Shown: positions 51,762-64,000 of the stretch, piece by piece
Layout: each line of letters starts with the position of its first letter
How positions within the stretch are numbered: position 1 is the stretch's first letter
Assembly (NCBI RefSeq): GCF_006345805.1
Contig: NC_043003.1
Coordinates: forward strand, 114,328,001 to 114,392,000
DNA: 64,000 bases
Direction of reading: 5' to 3'
Source: Octopus sinensis
Taxonomy: Eukaryota
The notes under the pieces: generated by a model
What the model saw: only the letters and a program-made list of their open reading frames with translations
Told to the model about the DNA's origin: nothing
The model's database searches: none
Translations under genes and position numbers: made by a program

Positions 51762-51894
51762 TACATACATATATACATACATATACACACACACACATAT
51801 ATATATATATATATGCATACATATATGTATATATACATACATATAGATAGATACCCACATACATACAGCTATACAAACACACATATTTATATTT

Positions 51895-51931
<37 letters not shown>

Positions 51932-51932
51932 C

Positions 51933-51963
51933 CAGTTGACGCTGGTGTGAATTCTTCAATTCC
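51933..51963 (-). CDS. Candidate 31-nt microexon ([10 protein letters not shown]), phase 0-1
   Basis: tacattttacag|GGAATTGAAGAATTCACACCAGCGTCAACTG|gtaata; phase continues from the 23-nt exon. Confidence 0.55.
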
Positions 51964-53284
51964 CTGTAAAATGTACTCAGTATTTTTGAGTAGAGTGAAT
52001 GAGTCGGCGTGCATCATTGCCACTGCGTGCATCTCTTGTTATTGATCCTCAGTTAGGCAGACAGACAGACACACACACACACACATACACACACACACAC
52101 ACACCACACACACACACATATATATTTAACCGAAGACGGATTTAGTTGGAGAAACCCAAAGTCATGCAAATCGGTATCAAATCAGACACCACGTGATTTG
52201 AAAGTGAAATTCTTAGTCCGACTACTTTGTCCTCATCTGTCATTTTTTTTTTGTGCATCGGAAGAAGACTACGTATGCGTCATACAAATTATTCTGCATC
52301 ACGTGAATATTATAAATTTGACTTGTTTATCATATCAAAAGCATAACACAAAGTTAGCCATTAACCTCGGGGGAGGAGGTAAGTCAATTATATCGACCGG
52401 ACTGCTTAACTATTACTTTAACGACCTTGAAAGAGTGAAAAGCAAAGTCGACTCCAGCAGAAGTCGAATTCAGAAAGTAAAGATGGGCGAAAGATTACAT
52501 GAAAATGTCGCCATCTGTTTAGAATTTATCCATATTTCCTTGCAGCGAAAAACTGTTCTTTTAATTTGAAATGGCGATATACTGTTACGTAAAATCTTTA
52601 AACTTTGTTTATCAACCCCAAAACATAAAAATAAGTTGACCATGGCGAGATTTGAACCCTTCACCAGTTTTTCATTCACACACGCTTGCGCGTATGTGTG
52701 TGTATGTATACACAAATAAATATTCTCAAATATATACATGCCCACTTAGACATACATATATAGGTATGGTGTATACACACCAACATACACACACATACAA
52801 ACACACACGTCACTGGATTTGTGTCCTTAAAACGAATGTTAGACATTTCAAATTCCATTGACCTCACAACAAATGCACATTTACACTCTGAATATACTCC
52901 ATGCCGTTACACTTGTGTTGAATCTTTTTTGTAAGACGATGCAATGTGATTTGAAGGAGATTTGGCTGCAGGTTCTAGCAGTTCAAGTAACCGCAATATT
53001 TCAATTCATATCAGAACGATGTCATTAACAAAGTCATTTAATCCCCAACAATCTCCAACTACTCAGATTATTTAAGTTTAATCAGTCAAAAGGTCGGAAA
53101 ATATAAGCATTAATGCTGATAAAGGTTTCATTGATCTGAGGTGTTTTGTTCAAATGCTCCCATATGAGCAGACATAAAAAAAAGACTAGATTGCAGTGAG
53201 ATATTACATGGCAGTAAAATAATTAGTGATTTGACCAGCAATCCAGTATGACGTACGATGTCACCAACACTTAAACAGAATTAC

Positions 53285-53307
53285 CTTAATACCAGCTGAA
53301 TCTTTTA
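53285..53307 (-). CDS. Candidate 23-nt microexon (V-KDSAGIK), phase 1-0
   Basis: ttttatttttcatgcag|TAAAAGATTCAGCTGGTATTAAG|gtaatt. Only the phase-1 reading is stop-free, and this is the phase delivered by the 168-nt exon. Confidence 0.55.
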
Positions 53308-54142
53308 CTGCATGAAAAATAAAACGTAATCTCTCATCACGTTGTATATTGATGTATCTAAGAAACAAGCAAATTTAGTCCCAGACACATTACTGAAAAA
53401 TATAATTCTGTATATTACACTTTCAGTAACTTTATGGGATTAAAAGATGATGGAGATATAATGCTTATTTAGTGTAAAGGAAATAGTTCCAGCTCTGATT
53501 CAATAAGTAGTAACGCCTATAGATTTTGGTCTTTGATGTGTAATTTTGGAAGGAGCTGTCTGCGGAGTAAAGTACAAGATTGTTTAGTATAACGAGTGAG
53601 CTAACGGTTAAGAGGCATTCTATTGACGTGGGCCAAATAGCAAATCACACGACTGCAATTAAGGAAATCGTTAAAGAAAACCGAAAATTCAGATTTTATA
53701 TAGGCTTCTTACAAACCTCGAGAATGTCCCTTTTCACAGTGAGGCGCAAAAAAATGTGTGTGTGTGTGTGTTTGTGTTTGTGTGTGTGTGTGTGTGTGAG
53801 TCTGTTTTTGTGTATATGAATGTGCGTGTGTGTGTCTGAATGCTTATCAAAGCTAACATCAAACACGATTGGCTGGAAAGTGTCATTAGGCACTATGATA
53901 AAGTTCAATTGGTTATCTTTACCAAATACGGTAATGCTAATCGTAACCAGATTTAACTATAAATATAGATGGTGTAAGTTCAAATCCTAGGAATGTATGT
54001 GCTACATGCCAAATTCAAAACAACATTCTAAGTTATCAGAGTCCAATTCTGTTTAATTTGAAAAAATACTCCACCGGTCCGATGAAACATAAACCAATGT
54101 CTGAGAACTGTGCTTGCATTGAATGAGAGAAGAGTTCCTCAC

Positions 54143-54310
54143 CAGTGGCACCAGTTTCTAGCAAAGTGAAGAGAGTTTTTCGAAGAAGACAGTGAGAAGT
54201 GTCACTGACATTTGTTTGGAGCAACGATCCGATGATTCCATCAGCTTGTTGACCAACATTCGACACAAAATCATCATCAACCGATCGTTTGTAGTAATAC
54301 TTGATGTAGT
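54143..54310 (-). CDS. Internal coding exon, 168 nt, phase 1-1, product unidentified: (D)YIKYYYKRSVDDDFVSNVGQQADGIIGSLLQTNVSDTSHCLLRKTLFTLLETGAT
   Basis: Strong acceptor gtgttttcctttctcatccag|, donor ACTG|gtgagg, length divisible by 3, open frame, unique sequence. Confidence 0.65.
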
Positions 54311-54660
54311 CTGGATGAGAAAGGAAAACACCTCCCTATCCGCCTGCTCGCTTTCCCTTCTATGGCTTCAGTTACCTAGCAACAAGGCAGATAAGAAGAA
54401 TCAACAAGAAGATAGAAAACGAACAACAGCAGCAGCAACAAGAAGAACAAGCAGCAGATACTTTCGCTGTTCAAGTGGCGAAAGTAATTCCAATTTGAAG
54501 GAGGAGATTAGTTAATGCAGCCATCAAATCTGTCACAGCAGAACGAGAGAATGATTTAAAATAATTTCTTTCTTTCCACTTCCTACACACAAACGCCATT
54601 AGCTTTTCTTACAATCGTTATTATTGTTCTTCTTGTTATTCCCTCATTTGTTACAATACT

Positions 54661-55271
54661 CTGTGTGTGTGTGTATGTATTTCTGGGCCTATGTGTGTGT
54701 GTATGAGTATGTATGTATGTATGTATGTATGTGCGCGTGTGTGTATGAGTATATATGTATGTGCGTGTGTGTGTATGAGTATGTATGTATGTATGTATGT
54801 ATGTGCGTGTGTGTGTATGAGTATGTATGTATGTATGTATGTATGTGCGTGTGTGTGTATGAATATGTATCTGCGTGTGTGCGTATGAGTATGTATGTAA
54901 GTATGTAAGTATGTGCGTGTGTGTATGAGTATGTATGCATGTGCGTGCGTGCGTATGAGTATGTATGTATGTGCGTGTGTGTGTATGAGTATATATGTAT
55001 GTGCGTGTGTGTGTATGAGTATGTATGTATGTATGTATGTATGTGCGTGTGTATGTATGAGTATGTATGTATGTGCGTGTGTGTGTATGAGTATGTATGT
55101 ATGTATGTATGTATGTATGTATGTATGTATGTATGTATGTGCGTGTGTGTGTATGAGTATGTATGTATGTATGTATGTATGTACACGTGTGTGTATGAGT
55201 ATGTATGTGCGTGCGTGCGTGTGAGTATATATGTATGTATGTGCGCGCGTGTGTGTGTGTTTGTGTGTGTG
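54661..55271. repeat. Higher-order minisatellite built from (TG)n and (TATG)n, unit about 24-40 bp
   Basis: Repeated tgcgtgtgtgtgtatgagtatgtatgtatgta with variable TATG number, more than 15 units. Confidence 0.9.
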
Positions 55272-55278
55272 TATTTGC

Positions 55279-55305
55279 CTTCTACTTTTTTCTTCTGACT
55301 TTCAC
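55279..55305 (-). CDS. Possible 27-nt microexon (G-ESQKKKVE), phase 1-1, GC donor
   Basis: ttggttttattgcag|GTGAAAGTCAGAAGAAAAAAGTAGAAG|gcaaat joins in frame to the 168-nt exon; the donor is non-canonical and imperfect. Confidence 0.25.
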
Positions 55306-55849
55306 CTGCAATAAAACCAATCAAACTATTCCTTAAAATACAAAAAAAAAAAAACACCAGAACTGTTTTCTTTTTTATGTTCTTGTTTTTTTGCATTTAT
55401 TTTTCTTCCGATTTTTGATTTTAAATTTATTTTCGCAAAAATACTAAAATATGAAATAAAAAAATAAAACTAAAAAAAAAAAAAACAACGAAAAATTCTA
55501 CAGAAGACAAAAATAGTCTTCGAGAGAAATAATAAACACCAACAGAACCAACAGTAATCAAAGACCGCTTCTTTTTCGTTGGTTTTTAAAGTTTTTATGA
55601 AAATGTCAAAAGCTTTCAAATTATCCGGTAAATGTAGTTTTTAATACTTTACTTTCAATTTCGATAACAAAAGTTTGTTTATGTATTTGTCTGCTTTCAT
55701 TTATATATTTATTTTTTAATCTTTATCGATTTCCTTTTCTATTTCTATCAATTTGACCATAAGACACAAGTCTTCAGCCAGTCAGCCATTCTTTCGGTTC
55801 TGAATGTTATTGTAGTTGATTAAAATTACAGTTCTTTTATTATTACCAT

Positions 55850-55911
55850 AATGATAATAATAACAACAACAACAACAATAATAATAATAAAATAATAATA
55901 ATAATAATAAC

Positions 55912-55945
<34 letters not shown>

Positions 55946-56110
55946 GCAATAATAATAATAATTTTAATATAATAATAATAATAATAAAATAATAATAATA
56001 ATAATAACAATAATAATTATAATAATAATAATGATAATAATAATAATAATAATAGTAATAGTAATAATAATATTAAAATTATTAATAATAATAATAATAA
56101 TAATAATAAC

Positions 56111-56141
<31 letters not shown>

Positions 56142-56184
56142 TATGATGATGATGATGATGATGATGATAATAATAATAATAATA

Positions 56185-56225
<41 letters not shown>

Positions 56226-57340
56226 AACAAAGCAGCAATGATTATAACAGCAGCAACAGCAATTATTATTATTATTATGATTTGTGTTATTATTTTGTGA
56301 TGTATTTGTGTTTGCATTTGTAAGTGTTATGAGTAACATATGCTGCAAATATATATATATATACATATATACACACACACATATGTTTTATATACAAGTG
56401 TATAAATTATACGTATATTCACATACATACACACACATAGATATATGCATATTTAATCAATGTCTATCTTCTCATCATTTATTTCGTCGTCTTCTTCTTC
56501 TTCTTCTTCTTTTTCTTCTTCTTTTTCTTTTTCTTTTTCTTCTTCTTCTTCTTCTCCCTCTTCTTCTTCTTCTTTTTCTCCCTCTTCTTCTTCTCCCTCT
56601 TCTTCTTCTTCCTCTTTTCCTCTTCTTCTTCTTCTTCTTCTTCTCCTAATACCTGTCTATTTACCTCTTTATTCAGTTTTCTTATTTTACCCCTCCCCTC
56701 CCACCCATATACACACGTTTATGAAATGCTTTATTCTGTTGATCATTTTCTAGTTTTTATTTTATATATTTTAAATCTTTTGTTGCATTTTGTGTTTTGC
56801 TTTTTTTTTTTGGCTTTTCATTTAATTTCTTTTATATTTCGATAATTTGAGCAAGAGATTAAACGTCTGAGAAGCAGATTAAATGTGTTCGCCTTGGAGC
56901 ACTTCTTAATTTCTCCATTTATTGCGATAAAACAAAAATCAGCATTCTAAATTTAGACATTACAATCATCACAATTTCCTCTCACTTATATTCACAGTTA
57001 TTTACTTTCTGTCTTTTTCGAAATGAGGCGAAGTGTAAGTTTTAGTTTAAAATTCAATTTTTACCTCCTCCCCTCGTTCTCCCTCCCCCGCTCTCTCTCT
57101 ATATATATTTCCCTCTTATACCGATATGTACTCCCGGGTTTCTCCTTTCTCTCTTCTAAAACATACTCTTCCATCTCTCTTTCTCTTTCTACCTGTGTAT
57201 TCTTTATTGTTTCTTCTTTTTCCTTCTCCCTTTCAATCAGCCTCTCCCATTCTCAATATTTCCCTTACACTTTCTCCCCATCTCTCTCTCCCTCCTTCTC
57301 CCTCCCTCTCTCACACATTCATTCTTGTCCTCTCCTATTA
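55850..57340. repeat. (AAT)n, (CTT)n and CT-rich low-complexity tracts
   Basis: Direct reading. Confidence 0.9.
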
Positions 57341-58284
57341 TATTCTCAACGTCTTGGCTGATTCATTCAAAAATATTTACGAGAAATTAATTTGGTAATA
57401 TCGTTCCTCCATTATCGTCGTCTTCTTCCTTCGCTTTTTTCTTTCTTCACGCCTTCCTTTTTCCCACTTCCTTTCCTGCATTCCGGCAGTCGTAGCTCAT
57501 CGTCAAGTGCAATACAGATGCCCCTTCTATTGATCCCAATACATCACTGGTACATTTTCTCTCTTTCACTGTATTCTTTATGTCTTTAAAAAAAGAAGAA
57601 CATCCTGAACCATCAAGATGTAGATGCAAACAATTGACCAGCGTGTTTCGGTGTTGTGTTCTTTGTTACTTAACTGTAACTCTGCATTTATTGGTCAAGT
57701 GAGAGGGAAACAGCCTTCTGTTTTTTATGAGTATCTATGAAAATACTATGTATTGTTTCGTTTCTTTGAAGACGGAAGGATATTTTTAACGAGAATTTTC
57801 GTCGCTGTTTCTTGCAGGAGAAATTACGGCATTTCGGCAACGTTCTTCGTCGCCAAATTAGATATTGTGTAATATGCGATTGAAACTGGTTTTCTAATGT
57901 TTTATTCGCAACAGGGTTCTGATAGAGAAGATAAGGCTTTCTGAACATAGATTCATATTTACATATAGAGGAAGAGTTAGAAGTGAGTAAATCGACTTCA
58001 GGGAAAGTTTCCCATCCTTGACTTTACTTCCCTTCAAGTAGAGATCAGGCATCTTTTATTAATATAAATATGTACGTGAGGTTGTTTCAATTGATTTAGC
58101 TCTCTGGCTTTAGAAACAGAGCAACTTAAATGCAGTCTCGAAGGCAGAGTCTCTTACCACAAGGAGGCAATAATAATAAGCGGATTTGAGTTGAGAACAG
58201 AAAAATCCGAGATACACACTGCAATAAATCACATTATATACTGTACCAAATCGACAAACTAAAAAGGAAGAAACATGCACACAC

Positions 58285-58317
<33 letters not shown>

Positions 58318-58555
58318 TGTATGTATGTATGTATGTATGTATGTACGTATGTATGTATGTATGTATGTGAAATCGAACAAATACAACCAATCAATTCACC
58401 GATTCACAAAACCCAAGCGTTTCAATAATGACAAAACTTCAACAAAAGAGTCTTGTCACTTTGTTAGCGACAAGCTTGTCTGCAAAGTAAAACCTTAAAC
58501 ACGTACATACGCAAATGCATGCTTCCATACATACATAAATACAGGTGAAGGTCTT

Positions 58556-58632
<77 letters not shown>

Positions 58633-59977
58633 TACACACACATAGTTCGTATATCAACAGTTGAGTTTAGAGCTCCCCTTAGTTTCTCATCATCCAGTTT
58701 GCTCCTAGTACAGTGCTTTTGATCACTCCTACGTTTCGTTGTGTGACATGTTATGATATTCTGAGCAGATGCAGGAAAACTGATGACAGCATTTATTCTC
58801 TGTAACATAATGCAATAAAGGTTTGCCCTGATCGTCCGTTGTGGTTAAACATACACTTGCCCTGAGAACATCCAGACGTTACAAACAACAGCAACAATAG
58901 CAACAGCGAAGCGTACAGAGGAAATGAACTATATATATATGTGTATGTGTGTGTGTTTGTGTGTCTATCTGTGCGAGTACGTATGTGAGTACGTGTCTAT
59001 GTACTCACATTGGTATATATGCATACACACAAACACACATATGTATGTATGTATGTATGACGAACTGTACCAAATATATTTAGCCGTAATCTTTGTCCAA
59101 CTAAATAATGCAGGCGAAAACTAATAAGTCACGGAATTTGAAAACATATTTTTTGAGCATATCGAAGCATTTAACACGTTTGAGAATAAAGGTGGTACTA
59201 GAGTCGAAAAATTATTCGAATACAGATATGAATCGGAAAATTCTTTTCAATAGAAATAAGATGTTTTATTAAATTGGAATTCTGGAAAAGATTAGCAAAA
59301 TCCGCTTCTTGCATTCAGAAATTTCTTTAAAACATTTTGTCAGAGAAATTTATTCAAATAACAGTGAAATGCGGAAAATTGTTCGATAAATAATTGGAAA
59401 ATGATTTTGTGGCTTTAGAGAAATTCCAGAGTTCAGTATTAAAGTTCCTTGGTGTATCATAAATGGTGAATTACGTGATGAACGTTATTTGTGTATTACT
59501 GTGAATGTAGACAAATACAAAAGGAAGAAAACAACAAATAACGTGAACGCATCCCCAGAATGAGAACTCCTTCCGTTTAAGAGACGCATTTTTCACCATT
59601 TTTGCATTTGATCAGTAAAAGTATATTTCAGGTTTTAATTTTCACATTATCGCCAAACGTTAAAACGGATCGTGACTGGTCAAAAGTGACAATAAACCAA
59701 GAATTAAAAGCTGAAATCGGTCATTGGTTGACACTAGAATCACGCATCATAAGCCTTTTTTAGCAACTAAAGGTTGATGTGAATGGTCGAGTTTGAAGAC
59801 AAACAAATCGAATCCCTGAGAGGCAAAAACGCCATGTCGACATGAAATCCTTTACAGCAAACGAATAATTGAAGCATGGGAAACCAGCAACGAACGAGAC
59901 AAAATGTGGCCAAGTTTTAATACAGGTTTAAATATAATGTACACTTGATATTGCTCTGGGCGATACAGGGAGACTGA

Positions 59978-60137
59978 ACGTGGTGGCTGCGTGGTAAGCA
60001 GTCTGCTTCGTAAACCCATGGCTCTGAGTTCACTCCCACTGTATGTCACCTTGCACAAGTGTCTTATGCTGTAGCCTCGCTCCGGGCAAGGCCTTGTGAA
60101 TGGGTTTGGTGGACGGAAACTGAAAGAAGCCCGTCGT
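59978..60137 (+). mobile_element. SINE family B head/CORE portion
   Basis: gtggctgcgtggtaagcagtctgc..gagttcactcccactg..caccttgcacaagtgtctt..ggaaactgaaagaagcccgtcg. Confidence 0.85.
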
Positions 60138-60146
60138 TTCTTTCTT

Positions 60147-60242
<96 letters not shown>

Positions 60243-60279
60243 TCTATATATCTATCTACCTATCTACCTATCTACTTAC

Positions 60280-60330
<51 letters not shown>

Positions 60331-60335
60331 CTTAC

Positions 60336-60382
<47 letters not shown>

Positions 60383-60383
60383 C

Positions 60384-60418
<35 letters not shown>

Positions 60419-60432
60419 CCTACCTATCTACC
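60138..60432. repeat. (TATC)n array with no LINE insert
   Basis: Direct reading. Confidence 0.95.
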
Positions 60433-61548
60433 TGTGTGTGTGTGGGTGTGTGCGTGTGCATGCAGAGAAAGGTACGGATTTAACATGGCAATGTGGGTTG
60501 ACTCTAACGCGTGACAAATCTATTTAGCCAAGAGATAGTGAAAACCTCATTGAAAAGATTTAAGGTATGTTGTTTATTAAGTTTGGGGCAAATATTTGCA
60601 TAAGTTTTCTGCCATCAACGTTTTCAATAAATATATTGCTGTTACTACACAAACCTTCACCACTGAAGACACCTCATCTATGCGACTTAATCTAATAATT
60701 AAGGCTTATGGGCCCTCATCAGTCGAAGTCAACAGAGGAATCCTGATACCCTACACGCATCAATGTGTCCCTACAAACCAATTATCCTGTAACTGACCTT
60801 CCCAAAGCCTCCCTATTTAATACAGACGGTTAATACTCTCCTTCCTAATTCTCTCTTCCACGCTCTTTTCTTTTCTCTCCCTCTTTCTCCCCCTCTCTCA
60901 TTTCTAATCTAATACGCATTTTGAATACCTAATTCTTTACTAGTTACTGCATAAAAATCATTAAAATTTTCAAACTATTTTGTTGTAAAAACTAAGAAAA
61001 TCGAAAATCGCCAAAAAGCTTCAAAATTTAATATCTTTTACCTTTTATTATTTCCAGTTGTTGAAATTTGGCCAACAATTTTTACTAAATCAGACATTCG
61101 CAATTTTCAACGGTTTCATTTTTTATTCTTTGTATTTATCAAATATTCATTGTTATCAGCATTATTAATTTATTTCCCTCATAATACATTTCCTAAGTCT
61201 ATAAACGTTGATGTTTCTTTGTTTGTTTTCAGACAATGTCGTAAATTCTCAAGCGATCTTCGGCAAATTTATTAGAAAATGAAACCGAAAGTAATGTATG
61301 GACAAAAAGAAAGAAAGCATCGAAGGTCCGAGGTCCGTGGCGGTGAAACACAAACGGGTCAAGAACGGAGCTGCAGGAAAACTAAAAGCTGCTACAACAG
61401 GTTATTGGTTCATAAGAAGTGTTATGACAAACTTTGTCTTTATTTAACATTTCCAGCTCCCACTCCTATTGATACACGTCTTCACAAATCCCTCTTAATA
61501 TAAACACACAAATACATACTAACATACATACACAGACACACATTTTGG

Positions 61549-61908
61549 AAGCACTCCGTCGGTTACGACGATGAGGGTTCGGGTTGATCCGACCAACGGA
61601 ACAGCCTGCTCGTGAAATTAACGTGTAAGTGGCTGAGCACTCCACAGACACGTGTACCCTTAACGTAGTTCTCGGGGATATTCAGCGTGACACAGAGAGT
61701 GACAAGGCCGGCCCTTTGAAATACAGGTACAACAGAAACAGGAAGTAAGAGTGAGAGAAAGTTGTGGTGAAAGAGTACAGCCGGAGCCTCGTGGAGCTTT
61801 TTAGGTGTTTTCGCTCAATAAACACTCATAACGCCCGGTCTGGGAATCGAAACCGCGATCCTATGACCGCGAGTCCGCTGCCCTAACCACTGGGCCATTG
61901 TGCCTCCA
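61549..61908 (-). mobile_element. SINE family C, ~24-bp internal deletion
   Basis: Near-identical to 34478-34865 but reads gagtacag|ccggagcc where that copy has gagtacagcagggatcaccaccatcccctgtcggagcc. Confidence 0.92.
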
Positions 61909-62530
61909 CGAATCCTAACAACCCAGCAGAGCTATACGGTCAATATATAAAGATGATTGTATCAACGCCTTGTCCTCCTTCTAACGATCAACTCATCACT
62001 TTGCACTTCCTTTCTCAAAGCGTTTCACCTTTCTCATATCAGAAACCTCCATCAATCTTTTAGACATTTCACCCGAGATTGTGTTTATTGATAATTTTAA
62101 TTTAGTGATTTACAAAAATACTATATTGTGTTTAATTTCGTGTATTGTTTTGAAATTCTAAATTGACATGCAGAAGAGGATAGAAGAAATTCTAACATAA
62201 ATGTATTGCGTTCTCTAAAAGTTCTTAGGTTGACGGTATTTTGTCTCGGAATGAGACGGTCGGGTGTGTCTGGTTAACGCTAACGACTTTGATGCGCGGT
62301 TGATTAGCCATTCAGTATGTTTTGACGACAAGTGCCTTTCGATACTGGAGGAAAACACAAACAAACAAACACACACACGTATGTGTGACAAGTACATATA
62401 CAGTGGAGAGAAAGAAAGAGAGAGAGAGAGAAGGAAAAGTTGGCACATACATACAAGCATTACCAGGAGCTCACACACATAGAGACAAACAGACAAACAG
62501 ACAGAGACAGAGTGGCAGAGAGATTCAGAG

Positions 62531-62569
<39 letters not shown>

Positions 62570-62618
62570 AGAGAGGGAAACATTAAATAATCAAATAAGT
62601 GAGCGTCGAATGAGTTAC

Positions 62619-62681
62619 GCCACAAAGGCTGGGCCAAAGTGTCTCATCGTAGTGTGCGTAGAGAGCTTCTTGACCCAACGC
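62619..62681 (-). CDS. Possible 63-nt exon (ALGQEALYAHYDETLWPSLCG in phase 0), coding status uncertain
   Basis: tgattaactctgttatttgcacag| acceptor, GGC|gtaact donor, open in phases 0 and 2; could be a UTR exon or chance. Confidence 0.3.
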
Positions 62682-62732
62682 CTGTGCAAATAACAGAGTT
62701 AATCATAAGAGAAAAACCAATTTAAAATAGAA

Positions 62733-62976
62733 CAGTGGTCCTGAATTGGGGTCTATATGGCCCTTGGGGGTCCACACAAGATTTTGTTGTTAACATTTAT
62801 CTGCAATAAACTCGTTATATTTCTATAACACACAAGATATTTTAAGATATTTTTATACAATTCATAATATTTGATTGTAAAAATATAGAGTAACTTTTTA
62901 TATGGCTATGGAGGCCAGCAAGAGTACAGTAGGAGTTAAAGGAGTCCAAAGGGCCAAATATGGTTGAGAACCTCTG
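62733..62976. mobile_element. hAT (Charlie-like) MITE
   Basis: Ends cagtggtcctgaa and ttgagaacctctg approximate the CAGTGGTTCTCAA terminal inverted repeat; decayed 8-bp TSD aaatagaa/accaagaa (5/8). Confidence 0.6.
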
Positions 62977-64000
62977 ACCAAGAACGACCTTCATAGAGCG
63001 TCCTTGAAATTTACTGTTTGTCACAGAATTCTTGTCAGGGCTTATTGAACCGAAATGGCATCTCTGCAAAGTGTGAGACGAAGACATCTTCTCACCTGGC
63101 TCAAGTACTGGTACATAATGGTGACTTTGATTGCATGAAATACAATAGTTTTGACAGCTTCTATTGTAGCTTGACAAAGATTTGACGCATCTAAATTTCG
63201 TGGCAAAATGAAAGAGTCTTTTACAGTTTCAGGGAGAACGGCACCAACGGATTGAAGAGAATTGAGAAACTATTGGAAATTTAGCAACTTTGAGAATGTT
63301 ACCTACAATGCGTTGATATCTGGCACAAATATTCTGTCCAAAGAATTTTCGTGAGGGACTAAGATAAATTATCAAATTTTCTCTTTTATAGTATATAAAT
63401 ATATTTATGGGGAAGAAATATTGAAAGACATCAATACATGGGAAAGTGCTAAAGAAACGAAGAGGGTTGTCTTTTGATGTGCTAGAAACAACAGCCTAAT
63501 CCCTCTGAAAATATTAACAATTTAAAAAAAAACTTACCGAAAATGCTCTTCTCATGGTTTTGAAGTGCAAAAAAAATTGGCCCAAATGGGTTCAGAGTGG
63601 GATGATTTGGGAGCGGGGTATTTAAAAAAGAAGAGTCTTCGAAACATTTTTCATACAAAGATGACCCCCACCGAGCCCAATCATTTCCAAGTCTGTCGTT
63701 TAAAAAATGGGGAAAATTCGTGAAAAGAATTTTCCCATAAATTTCTTTATAATCGTAATCTATGCCGTTTGAAAAGGATTTGTATAAATTTTCATTAAAA
63801 GATACCCATCTTCCTGAAAGTTATGAGGGGAAAAAGTCAGATCATGTGAATTTTCTAAAACTCTTTTCTCCACCCCTCAGAAAAAATCCTTTCCCATAAA
63901 TCCTTAAATACTCTGAAACCACAACATCTGAGCGGTATTAGCAGAAGACTTTTGTTAAAAAGTATCCATTTTTCTGGATGTAATGAGGCAACAAAGTCAG

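Noticed and set aside
54192-54515. 107-aa plus-strand ORF
   Set aside because: GTG start, no splice support; the opposite strand has a well-bounded exon that explains the open frame.
61223-61446. Plus-strand exon with ORF MDKKKESIEGPRSVAVKHKRVKNGAAGKLKAATT
   Set aside because: Good acceptor but weak donor (gttatt), short ORF and no homology; T-rich acceptor-like strings are common by chance here.

Overview
Eukaryotic genomic DNA, AT-rich and saturated with microsatellites. The SINE and LINE complement points to an octopus (coleoid cephalopod) genome; this is inference from repeat families, not a database match. No rRNA, true tRNA gene or CRISPR array is present. Nearly all long ORFs in the track are translations of (AAT)n, (GAT)n, (GT)n, (AT)n or (GATA)n arrays, or are retrotransposon remnants. 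Supportable content: (1) about 20 tRNA-derived SINE copies from three or four families, several with exact target-site duplications (TSDs), including a head-(body)x2 and a head-(body)x4 multimer; (2) five fragments of R4/Dong-like restriction-like-endonuclease (RLE) LINEs, four of them associated with (TAA)n arrays; (3) L1/Tx1-like LINE fragments, three of which abut (GATA)n arrays at both ends; (4) RTE, CR1/L2 and Penelope-like remnants, the last with a decayed minimal hammerhead ribozyme, plus two MITEs; (5) a probable minus-strand host gene at about 50.9-55.3 kb, built from a 168-nt exon followed by phase-compatible 23-, 31- and 9-nt microexons, product unidentified; (6) a ~700-bp diverged palindrome and a pre-miRNA-like hairpin. 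All alignments, translations and splice calls were made by eye and need computational confirmation.
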